This document shows positions 12,426-24,144 of a stretch of 64,000 bases of DNA, one piece after another. The translations under genes and the position numbers were made by a program. This DNA comes from Lepidodermella squamata. Taxonomy: Eukaryota > Animalia > Gastrotricha. Below the pieces are notes generated by a model that worked only from the letters and a program-made list of their open reading frames with translations, was not told the DNA's origin and did not search any database. Each line of letters opens with the position of its first letter. The stretch's first letter is position 1. Where the stretch lies: NCBI GenBank assembly GCA_047495785.1, contig JBLDXI010000007.1, positions 3,968,001-4,032,000 of the forward strand, given 5' to 3'.

Positions 12426-13016
12426 CGACGAAGACAATGATATAACGTATGCTCGCTCGCTGCATCGACCATTTTGCAACTTATTGTTTTAGCCATCCTG
12501 TGCGCGTTATAGGGCGTGTCTCGTGTGATCGATATGTGTATACATACTAACAAACAACAGCTCTGATAATGAAAAGCAAAAACACCTAGCGAGTGGTGGT
12601 GACGTGATGATAAAAACTCGGCGCAATAACAACTTGCCTTTTTGGGTTATACGCATCGCCTTGATTTCTTGTTCTTGTTTCTCGTGGTTTTTGTTCGTGG
12701 AAATCAGGCGGGTGACCAGCAGCGCCGTTGTATTTGTTATCTATTACACTCGCTTCTACTTGCAATATCTACATTCTGATAGAAATATACCGAGTCTCGT
12801 TATCGACTGTTACAAGCGGAAAATGAATTGAATAAAAAACGATTTTGTTTGCAATTTTTTGATCGAGTCCGTTCAATTTTGTTGCTCACGATGAAGCTAT
12901 AGTAACCTCCAATTCGCTATTTATTCGCATGGAGGTAAAAATTAGACCACGAACAATTCTGCCCCACGCCGGTGAACGATGATGTTGAAGAATCAGAGAT
13001 CAGATGAGATGAGATA

Positions 13017-13374
13017 CCGTAAATAGGGGTGACTTTGCACAGTGGGGTGACATTGGTATACTGAAATGGGGTGACTTTGGCATATCATAAATCGAAGGTG
13101 GAAAGGATAAGATATAAACATGCACATCAATGCAACCTATTTCGGGAAAAAAAATTCGAGGTACTTAAGGTTTGGGTAAAATTGTCGAAATTCTCTTTTT
13201 TTCGGTAGAACTTCCGTCGCTGCTCAACCGAATCCGCCTCATATAAATTAAAATTATACCCCATTTTCGGAGAACCCGTCTTTCAGGCTATCCACTCATG
13301 GGGTCTTTAATTTTCCACCTTCGATTTTTGATATACCATAGTCGCCCCACTGTGCAAAGTCACCCCAATTATGG
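13017..13374. mobile_element. MITE (Tc1/mariner-pogo type) with TA target duplication
   Basis: Imperfect TIRs CCGTAAATAGGGGTGACTTTGCACAGTGGGG / CCCCACTGTGCAAAGTCACCCCAATTATGG, an inner inverted repeat (ATCGAAGGTGGAAA), and TA on both flanks. Confidence 0.85.
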
Positions 13375-13454
13375 TAAAATGTCATTTAGTCCAAAATCGA
13401 GAGCCAAGTTTGGTCGGCGTCTCTTTTAGCTTCGCTTTGCCCACAGTATATATA

Positions 13455-13563
13455 ATTATAGCTGTAACGCGCTCCACGAGTGCTCGAAAAGTGTCGTACC
13501 CGTGGATTGAACCCGGGCTGCCTTTCTGTGAAGGCACGGCTCTAACCTTTGAGCCACCATGGC
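13455..13563 (-). repeat. tRNA-derived SINE head or tRNA pseudogene
   Basis: A box TGGCTCAAAGG, D stem GCTC/GAGC and B box GGTTCAATCC are present. The acceptor stem does not pair, and an AT-rich tail follows. Confidence 0.65.
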
Positions 13564-15213
13564 CGACACACACTCCGTGTTCGATTACGCTGTTGTAAGG
13601 GGACCAGGAGGAGAGATGGGAGGTGGACTCGCTCCCTATAATAGCGCCGACTTGCTTTGAAGTCTGCCTGGCCACGCCGCCAGGCACTAAAGGCGATGGT
13701 GTATGAGCTACGTGCTGAAGAAACCGTTTTGCGGCCGGTGGAAGCTCCAGTAAGAGACTAAATTGCCAATCGCTCCTATGTATAATTTTACTTTGTGTGT
13801 GTTGGGACTGCGGCAACACAACGCTTGGACGAGTTATCAGGTGTTAGGATTTTCGCTAAGCCGGACTAGGAGTTTTCCGGCTCGTTGGCTGTCTGACGAA
13901 GTCGTAAAACGCACTTAGGCGAGCCTTGACGTTCGTTGGGTGAAGTTTGTCGACATAGCAGACGGTTTGGCGCAAATATTTTCCAACTCACCTTGGCGTT
14001 ATGTTTCTACTTTCTACTAATCTAACGCCTAGCAATTTCTGGAAAAAACGAGCATTTATATATATATTATTGTTTTATTGTTATGTTTTATTGTGGTTAA
14101 CGGTTGATAACTCTGAAATAACTCGGAAATAGCCTATCGCAGCAGCAAGATGCTTAATTCTTTCTACCGACTTCTTTCCACCTAGTTCGAGGTCTCCCCA
14201 CCGGTCTCTGCCATTCCTTAGGCGCTACCCACATGTAAAGGTCGTAGACTGGCCCCGGTGGTATCGGGTCACCCTTATCATCGACATACGTTTCCATCCT
14301 CACCCGCCTCGTCCTAGGTAAGTAAGTCGTTGTTTTTCAATTAATCTACCGACTTCAATTATTCCGCCACGCATTGATAGTCTGATATCTATGTTGGGAA
14401 TATAGTCCATTACTGTTTTTGCGGGCATTTGTTGTTTGTAACAATAACAATAATATGCCTGAATATATTTCAGGGATTTTTCAGGCATTTTCAAGCATGT
14501 CCAGGAATGATTCGCCCAACGCTTGATAATTCCTGAATATCCTCAAACTTGAAGCATTTTCAGAGCCGTTAGGTTGGAAAATGTTATGTCCACCGGCATT
14601 TCCAGGAACATGTTGGAATCGATCCAACCTAAAACGCGTTATCTTGCTTAAAGAGTGAAGATTTGATGGAGACTGAAAAATGCCAAGGCTATCCCGTATG
14701 CCAAATTCCAATGAGCGTCAGAAGATACCACCTATAATTGTCCATCGCTTTGCCTCACCGTGCAGTTATTGAAGGAGCACAGTATGTTTGTCAAACATAA
14801 CGATTGTGTCGATGTCTCGTTTACACGGTCAAAAGTGATTCCAGACATTGACCTAATATTTGTGGACGACAAAGTTCGATGTTGATGTGCTCATGCTAAT
14901 GACTGGCATGAAGCATTACGCATTCAGTTATTAATGCTCGAAAATGGCTGCTGCTTGATTTTGCGGTCATCCAGGGCAGTCAAACAAATTTTAGGCAACG
15001 TCCATTTTCAATTTTATCGTCGGCACTTAAATGCCATCACATGACTTTGGAACAATCAATTTGGTTCACGCTTCCTTTGATGCTATTTGCTTTGAGTTGC
15101 TACAAGAGGTAGGCAACTAGAGATATTTATTAATGCTCATTGAGTGATAAACACAAGCAATTCGTCCGCTAATCGCATAAACCATATCGGGCGATTGTTA
15201 CTTGCCCTGCTCC

Positions 15214-18200
15214 ATGAATACGTTATTCGTCGGCCTGCTGGTGCTATATGCCATTGAGCCGACTGGTACTGGCTCTTAAAAGGAGTAAGAACATTAAGAA
15301 ATCGTTATTTTTCCCCAACAGATGCTGGGTATCCAACACCGGACGAAGCAACTTTCCCATTGCCATTGGGCTATCAGGGAACGCCTTGCTTTGATTTTAA
15401 AAATTCCTTCGACTATGTCAACTCGACGACCAACTTCTCCTCTTTCTCTTTTTCGTCTGGGGCATATGGGAATAAACTCGCTACAGGCTTGCAACTGATT
15501 ACGCGATCGCCGCTGCTAATGTATGGCAAATTCTCTTCTGGTATCAATGTAAGGCGACAATGCGTGTATGCTAATTAGTATCATTTATATTTTATATTTG
15601 CAAGGCTTTTGTTTGCACAACTGCTAACTTCCGAATAGAATTGGACATCGAGAGTAATTACAGCGTCTACAACAATATCTACGCTTGGTTCACCATGTTC
15701 ATCTCCGAGGACGCAATATCAACCAGTGAGCAATGATTATAAATGGAGAATACATTTATTGTTTGGTCATAATACCTCATACCTATTCTGTCATATCCCC
15801 AATCACAGAGGCTTATAAGTTTTTAGTCGTATTCTACAGGGATTTTTTAAGGATCGTGTTGGTAGTCACTTCACCCCGTCTGGTTGTTACAACACAAAAA
15901 ACTTTAGGATGGATGTTCTTGTCTCTATATAAATGGAGTTGTCACTATCGCAGATAGATTTGTCTCTATTTAATTTCTGGCATCTCTATCCATTTTTGTC
16001 TCTATAAAAGAATCCACGAATCCACGCCAGATAAAAATGAAAATCATCTGATCGGCACGAAAATAACATTCATGGAATATACCTATATAATGAATAATGG
16101 GATCTCGAAAATGAAAAAATCTTTCATCTCGGAATGTTCTTGAGTGAGTTATGGCCTTTTCAATTTATTTGCCCGAGATCACATTTTCGTGGCTGCTCGC
16201 ATATAAAATGTGTAAAAGGTAAAAGGCTTTAAAAACCCTGTATTCTATTTTCACAGAGCTAAATTCACAACTGACCTACTTGGACCAGTTCAAAATGCAG
16301 AGAGGTATTAACCTGGCATTCCAGCTGCAACCTGGTGGATTAGCTTACGCGACTTACTACACTCAGAATCTAACATCCTATGAATTCTTCCCGGGAAGTT
16401 CGCCGAATCGAACTTCAGTAGCATCTTGCGGCAGCTCTTCGTTCTTAGACAACTCTGGTGTCGCTAATTTCCGCCTCATTATTCAGGTCGTGGACGACTA
16501 TGCGACTGTTGCAGTTTCGCCTCTTCCAGCCTATGGAACCACTGAGACTTGCACTTGCATCGCAAACTTGTCTGTGCCATTGATCGGCTCAACAGTTATG
16601 GCAGTTAAGCTGCCAATGATAACTTTGCTCGCGTCAAACGGCAATCTTTCTGATGTTCTCGTACGGCGATTGTACTTTTTCGGCCTAACATCGGGCACCA
16701 AATCAACTCCAGTTTTTCCGGCTCAAGGTACCTGTATGAACAATCAGAATCAAACAACGGTCACGCCTGGTTCAACGCAGAGTGTAGCGACAACCACACC
16801 GTCGAACCTCAGCACTTCAACGTCTGCTTCTACTCAGATATCGAAATCGACTACAGTACGAACTTCGTCAACAACGATTATTCCAACGAGCGAATCAGCA
16901 GCTACGTCTGTGGGATCATTGCTTAGCTCGAAACCGGCGGTCATCGTGAGCTCAAACGCCCCGCAACAAACCTCCACAGCTCTTTCATCAAAAATGCCCT
17001 CGACTGGATATCCTTTAACCACTGCGCATCCAACAATAGTCCCAGGAACCGCATCTGCAGCTTATTCCGTCCAGACGCCTGACCTGAAATCATTCGGCTT
17101 ACCCTCTTCTTCTTATGGAGCAAATTTTCTTCCGTTGAATTCATTCAATGTCGCAGACCCAGCTTCTCTAACTGCTGCAAAAATCTACGTAGACCAAGGA
17201 GCTTTTACTAATGCGAGTGGGCTGCAGTTGGATAAGTATCATACGATAGACAGTGGGGTAGCGATCTTGGACAATCCACTACCTGCTAGTCTTGCTCTGA
17301 CAGGGTTTCGTACCGAACTCGAATTAAGTTCGAATTTCGATCCGAATTCCACAGGATATTTCATTCTTGGAATTTCAACATCCCCTGCTTTATTGAGTTA
17401 GCATATATGAGTTTTCACTATTTTACTATTTCGGGTAAAACTTCATTTACTTCACAGGTAACGGGACTAGTTTGATCAGCAACTACGACGGCCTTCATAT
17501 TTCGCTCAAAATTGGACAAGGCTGCGTGGCCTACCTCACCTACGACCAAAATATAACAACAGCTTCAAATAAGGTTCCCCTCGATTATGGTTTGAATTCT
17601 ACTACAGTCCCAGGAGTTTTCAACACATCTGGGACAATGCTCTTCTGACTTATAGTCCAGAGTTTGGATGATAAAGTAACCGTAAGTTCACTCATCTCTC
17701 GCATATCTCTTTCCATATGAGCGCATATCTCTTTCCATCCATTCTGTGCTTAATACAGGTGGCTTTCGCCCCTATTACAGCAAATTCAAGTGCTGTTATT
17801 CTCTTCTCTAACGCTAGCGCTCCAGGCTTCAGTGAGCGGCAACTTGCGAGTGGGGCAGCTAAAACGCAGTTTATTGCTGTGGGTGGCACTCAGGCAGATG
17901 TGTCTGTTAAAAGCCTTGCTTTCTGGGCACTGGAAGACTACGCCACAACCACGTCTACGTCACAAACAACATTGGCCTATCGCACTTATGACTTCTCAAC
18001 AAATATGACTGAATTCAAAATTCCCAACATGATCGATGGGAATATCATCCCTCTGGTTAAGCTGGCTGATCTTACAACATGTCCGTTCATCGCAGCAGAC
18101 GTTAGGTTGGTTGAAATTATTACGGATCTTTAGGTATGGAACGGGATTGATTGATAGTAAGAAAACGAAGAACCTCCTCGAATAACAACATTCTGATGGA

Positions 18201-19477
18201 CAGCAATGAGGAACAGTGACTAAACTTAAATGCAGCGGACTGAACACTTCGGATAGACATCCAAGTTGTAACAGCCGAAGTTGCGTAAAACGTGCCGAAG
18301 TTGGGCGCGCCGCGCATGTCTAGAGAATGAGATCGTCATTTACAAACGCTGCGTGAAAGGATTAAACGTTTGAGTGTCGAGCGAAGTTGCGGACGAAGTT
18401 GTACCTGCTATGCTATCTTTTACTGTGAAAAGACGTGCTTCGTTGCCTAACTTTCTTTGTTTTTAACAGATCGCCAGACTATGGAACCCTCGTATACGTG
18501 ACCATTAAGTTCAAAACCCTCGAAGACATCGACGCAGCAGCGAGAGAAATAGCTGCCGGTGCTCAAGTGACAGTTCAGTGGGCCGTTTTCAGCTGCCCTG
18601 CTGAAATAACAGCCCCACAGATTGATACAGCCGATCGAGTGTACGTCGTTAATCGTGATGAAGTCTGGGTTCCTAGTATGCGGTCCGCCAACACAACCTC
18701 AGACTTATACTTGGAAAATAGTGCGTCATGGAAGGAACAGGTCCACATCGTCTATTACCCCACAGCCCCCAACCGAACGCTGTTTTTCCACTGGATGAGA
18801 TTTGGCGTGATGACTTCGAAATGCAGCCTTAAGCTGCGAAAATTTCCATTCGACTCGCAACATGCGATTTTACGTTTCTCCTCGACGAGGCGAATAGATA
18901 TCTGAAATTCGGAGGAACTCGAGTTCTCATCGATCAATCTTTCAACAGTGAGTTATGGAAATTGGAGGCGGCAAATTCTTCTTTCGGAATTACAGTCTCC
19001 CCATTGCGTGATAACGGAGCATCCGGCTACGCGAAATTCACAGTCACGTTTTCACGAGAACCTATGCCGTATCTCATGAACAACATGGCACCATGCGCAA
19101 TATTGATGACTCTGGTATTTGCTTCGCTGATTTTCCAGCCAGATTGTCCTGACCGACCTGCTTTCTCGGGGACGTTGCTCCTCAGCCTGATCGTCATCCA
19201 GTCCGACGTGCTTCACAGCCTTCCGGAGACATCCGAGTCAATCCTAATGGCCGAATACATGTTGATTCTTTGTGGATTGACTGCAATAATCACGCTTTAC
19301 TCAGCTATTTCTTTCGCAGCAACTTCCCGCTATTCCAATCTGATTTCTGATGCAGTTGATATCCCGAGCTTACGCGTACGTCTATGCTATGCCCGTGCGA
19401 TGGATTTGGCCGCGTTTCTTTCGGCAGTCGACGTTTTCCTAGGATTGAACGTGTATGCGTCATTAACCGTTGCTTGA
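15214..19477 (+). pseudogene. Disrupted multidomain gene: signal peptide, two repeated extracellular beta-rich domains with a Ser/Thr linker, C-type-lectin-like segment, pLGIC extracellular domain and four TM helices
   Basis: Signal peptide MNTLFVGLLVLYAIEP and consistent GT-AG splicing through about 18100. pLGIC motifs VWVP, CSLKLRKFPFDSQ and M1-M4 are present. Lesions: in-frame TGA at 17646 and 18903, frameshifts near 18145-18300 and 18960. That this is one gene is an inference. Confidence 0.6.
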
Positions 19478-19869
19478 TTGAGTGCAATAATTATTTTAAA
19501 GTTACTTTATTTCAGATTCAAGGAATCCACATTAGTTTTTTCTTAAAGTAACTTTAATTTCGTGCTTCTCTAGTAAGCATAGCAAGAAAATTATAAGCCG
19601 AAGATCCTTTGACCTTAAGGCTAGAAATAACCTAACCAGTAGGAGTCAAAACCTATGTGAGGGCCTTGCTTTTGGTCTTTGGCAGCCCGGTGGGGTGAGA
19701 ACTAAGCTGGGATTTATGGCAGAAGTCGTTCAAAACAACGCGCTACGTCAAGCATTCCGACTGCCTCCATCGAATGAAGTTGCAAGGCGACTCAGGGCGA
19801 CTGATGGCCAGCCTTCGTGACTACTAGTCCGCGATTAGCCTGCATTTATATAAAAACACATTAAGAGAG

Positions 19870-22800
19870 AAAACCTTTTATTGGTATACTGTGTTATATA
19901 CAAACTATAACATTGCCTTTGAGACACAGGATTATAAATTATTAAGTTTATAATTTGATGAGGTTAATTGATGAATTAATTGCTTGATTGATTGATTAGT
20001 TAGCGTCTTTGAGTAGGTTGGCTATTTGAGTAAAGATGATTATTCAGGATCCTAATGCTATCCTTAAGGATTTGATGGGCCATATCAACAGCTGTACTGC
20101 TGCTAATTCCGTAATCTTGAAGTAATTGGATCGCTTCTTTGGTTAGCGAGCCCCGTGTGCCGATATAAAGGCCGTGTACTTCTATCGAGTCCAAATCAAA
20201 GGCTTCGCAGATGAACTTGCTACACGGCTCGTAGATCGAACGCTTCTCAATGTCGACATCTCCGAATTGACCTTCTGATGATTCAAATCTAATTGTGGGG
20301 TCGATGATTGCCCCATGTCTGCTTCCTCTTCGAAATGCCAATATATCAAAACGCCGAGAGGATCCGTTTTCGGCTATACAGTGTCCCTCTTCAGTGACGT
20401 TGTATCCTTGGCGTCGTAGTTCCAAAGCAATCTTCTGGCGGATTTTGTTGTGCCTCGACGTTATCAGCAGCGAGTTAAAGGGGCAGGCGCCCAGAACGTG
20501 TGCTAGGGATTCAATCTCAGCGCCGCATCGACGGCACTGGCGTCCGTCCTGGCTGACACCCGGTACACCTCTAACTGGAGCCGTGTTAGTCGACATTTTC
20601 AAAGCCATCGTCCATTCCGCAACACTAAGTCCATTTCTTCGCAGTACCCAGTTGTTTGTTTTCGGTACGCATTTAAACTGTGAAACTCCTCTTCCTTTTT
20701 GATCAAGGTTACACCATGATTGGAATTCCTTCATTCGTAGGCCGTTTCGAATCATTTTTACATTGGGCGGTAGAATCCTTTCAGTGTCTTCTGTGTAATT
20801 TCCTTCCGAGTCCTTCATTCCGAGCCTTCATTCAAATCAGTTTCTGTTAAGTCAACTCCGATTCTAGCGAGACAGTCTGCCATTTCCGATTCAAGGTCCC
20901 TACATGCAAGTACAAGTGGCTCGCCGTTGATCAACAGCTTTCTGCAGATATTGTAAATTTGTAAATATGCTTCCCAGGACGCTTTTGGTAAACCGAGACC
21001 GCGGTGTTTCCGGGCAGAATAAAAGAAACTTGAAGGCGTGCTGGTTGGAAGTCCAATGAATTCTTTAACCACACTTCGCAAGATTGTATCGACAGAATCA
21101 AGGAACGTTTTCCTTATAGCTTTTGCAGGAGCGGTTTGAAAAGGATATATTAGTTTAGGCCATATAAATTGGGTCAATATAGTCAGCTTCTGGTCGGCGT
21201 GAAGAAGATTTGACTTTGCCAACAGTTCGAGCTGGTCTTTGAGTTCTGAGATAACAGCCCCCTCGTCAAAAACTATTTCATCTTTGAACGTGACACCCAA
21301 ATATTTTATAGTTTCTTCTTCATCGATGGCAGGTATCAAGTCTCCATTGCTCAATACCAACGGCTCTGAATTAAGAACGCCATCTTCAACAATTATGGCG
21401 ACACACTTTTTGACATTGACCTCCAAACCAATCTGCGAAAACAAATTTCTTGCCATGTCAACGAGGTATGCAGCCGATTCGCGGCTGTTTCCGATAGGGG
21501 TTGTGTCATCGGCAAATCCAAGAACCGATACATTCGGTAGATCAGACGACAATTTGAAGCCATAAGCGTCAGCAACTTCACGTTCGGATAATTCACGAAG
21601 GACATAATCAATGCAGAGATTAAATATCGTAGGTGATATCGGCGACCCTTGCATCACTCCGCGTTCAAACGTTATTTTAGATGTCCTGAGTCCGTTTGCT
21701 TCGATTTGAGTAGAATTATTACTTACAAGTTCCATAAGCATAGATCTCAAATCGTCCGGGATAGCTAGTGTTTCCAGTGTCCGTCGAATATGCTCAAAAC
21801 CGATGTTGTCAAATGCCTTAGCTAGATCGAGAAACGTTACAACGCATGTAGATTTGTCTGCTTTCGCTTTTTTAAGACACCCAGATACGATAGATGAGTT
21901 AATATGAGTTCCAGGGCAGGATGTAAATCCGCGTTGGCTCGATGAAAAACAAACATATTCCCGCAGTCGTCGATCCAACATTCGCTCAAATATGCGCCTA
22001 ACAAGCGATGTGATTGTTATTGGCCCCCAGTTGTTAGGATCATTAAGGTCTCCGGATTTATCTATTAACACGGTTCTTGCGACTTTCAGACTAGTAGGCA
22101 GCAGTTTTCGTTTCAACATGACGCTGTAAATGAGAACAAGAACATCAAGACAACCTTCAGCATGGATTACTCGCATGAGCGTTCTATCAGGACCGGGAGA
22201 AGTGTCCAGAGCTATACCTGCTGCTGCTGCTTTGATCTCATCTAAAGTCGTTTCGAGCTGGAAAGAAGTGTTTATGTTTTGTTGATCATTATTCGCTATC
22301 GGATTTCCATAGATCGGTCGCGTGGCATTGTTCGGTTTACCCCATCTAGATGAGAAGAACGTAAACAATTGTGATATAGGTACCATGCAGCCTTTTGATT
22401 TTGTTTTGCTGGTTACAAGTCTAGTAACTTGGCGGCGTCGATTGTAGTAGAGATATTGAGCTAACTCATATTCATACTGATGTCTTGATTTCGCTCTTGA
22501 ACGCTTCGCTGCTCTAGCCGGATTGGAGGATGTTTTGTAAGCCTTTTTCGATGACGAAGCTTTGTTCGCTTTCTTCTTCTTACGAGCTGCGACAAACTTC
22601 CTAGCCGGGTGTTTTGGTCCCGGCAAGTCGTCAATCACATTCGGTAGGCCTTCTAGAAATTCTGATGTCACTTGATCAAACTCATCATCGGAGCAATTGT
22701 TTGAAATCATGTTCCTAAACTTGATATTCCATTCCGTCAAAAATGCTATAGGTTTTCGACTGCCATTAGCAACTTGATCTTTCACCGAGTCTGGTAGGAT

Positions 22801-23900
22801 CGAATCAGGCTGGGATGATGCGAACTTTCTCACAGTCTCGTTTCGACGCTCTTCTGGATGGGATCTAGTAATGTGCTGAGCTAGTCCTTTGGCAGTACCG
22901 AATTTTCGATCGCAGTGGGGACAATCAACAGGTTTAGGTTCTTTATCGCAAGTGACGGCATTGCTATGCTTCGTTCTAATGTGGTTACTGAGGCCCCTAT
23001 TATCAACAAATTTTGCTTTACAATTCTCTTCTGGACAGGAAACCGTTTTTTCTTTTCTAGCAGCCCTTCCGTTCAAGTTAGTCGTTGGGACATGCATGGT
23101 TGCTGCTGTGGCGGACAAATTCTCCGGTTCACGTTCAGTTTCGTCAGCAACCATCAGTGTTGAGTTTACCGAACCGTTAAGCACACTTTCCACTTGATCA
23201 ACAACAAGTTTGCCAGACCATGAATCGCCGATAGCATTCAGCTCTTTTTCAGTAGGCGGGCCCGGGTTGGTTTCGATATCCCCCGCTGTCATAAGTAACA
23301 AGTATACTAACCAATCAGCTCTGCCCCTGCTTCGGGACACTAGTTTTTGCGAGGAATGTCTCGTTATGATGACTTCAGGAAATGTGTAATGCAGGCGTGG
23401 GGTTATTGATGAGCAGGCAGGAATATCGTCGTGCAAGCCGCGCATGATTCTCTTACCAAGAGTAAAGCAAATCAAAAGCATAGTAATACGACGTTTGGCG
23501 GCTTGGCCGCTAGGCGATGGTCGTTTTCGTGCGAGCTGAATAAAGCAAGCTTTGCGGCGTTCCATTTCGAATGATTTCCAGCATGATAGCATGTAATCGA
23601 AGTAGATAACAGAGAGGATAGCCACAGGAATTGATGCAGACAAACATAGTTCCGGGGTGAAAAATGAGTAAACAGTGGCGAGAACATTCAAAAAATCAAA
23701 AAATTTTGGATATTTTGATATCAGTAGATTCGCCGCATTGAGCTGAGTATCCTGAACGGTAATTCGAATGATGCAGATCAAGATAACCAGGTAAAACAGG
23801 GTAAAAACGCGCTTCGTAGGCGTTTTCAAAGTTGAATTCGAAAAAAATAGATGTTGCATTTAGGTGGAAATTTCAAAAACATTGAACTTTGATTTTTCAT
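19870..23900 (-). mobile_element. RLE-type (R2 superfamily / NeSL-like) non-LTR retrotransposon; boundaries approximate
   Basis: Two C2H2 zinc fingers, an RT domain (DLAKAFD, GVMQGSPISP, FADD), a CCHC knuckle (CRRC..H....C), RHN, and a restriction-like endonuclease (RRFD..IIDPT..K). AATAAA on the minus strand near 19880. Confidence 0.9.
20000..23859 (-). pseudogene. Single ORF of the RLE element (hydrophobic leader - 2A - ZnF - RT - CCHC - RLE), split by a frameshift at about 20815
   Basis: ORFs 20815-23859 and 20000-20818 overlap at ATGA. Removing the 14-nt near-duplicate GAATGAAGGACTCG restores a single frame. Confidence 0.85.
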
Positions 23901-24144
23901 CTTGAACCCGCCCACCGAAACAAATAAAACAATTGTATGAAAAACCAATTATTTTATTCGCATTTTAAAACCGAGATAAGAAAAGCTTCTCAGACAAGAT
24001 CATCAACTGAGCGAATTCGGCGACGGAACACATCGAAGGATAGAATATCATCATTATCACATCTTATATTTACAATAGCAGCACTAGTTATCCAGCCAGC
24101 GACTAGTGCAAATAAGAAAATTGAAAATTGGTAACAAAAGCAGA

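Noticed and set aside
11140-12479. Several overlapping Arg/Ala-rich ORFs on both strands
   Set aside because: Shadow frames of GC-rich ZNF207 exons. The same applies to overlapping ORFs over the DBF4, phosphatase and EF-hand exons.
13491-13563. tRNA-like sequence with TCA in the anticodon region, suggesting an opal suppressor or tRNA-Sec that could read the in-frame TGAs at 17646 and 18903
   Set aside because: The acceptor and anticodon stems do not pair properly and there is no long variable arm. TGA is the normal stop in several genes here. The 17646 TGA aligns to Arg (CGA to TGA decay), and the gene also has frameshifts.
19560-19850. GC-richer segment next to the RLE element 3' end, considered as an HDV-like or hammerhead ribozyme
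   Set aside because: I could not build the HDV nested pseudoknot or find a CTGANGA/GAAA core. It may simply be 3'UTR.
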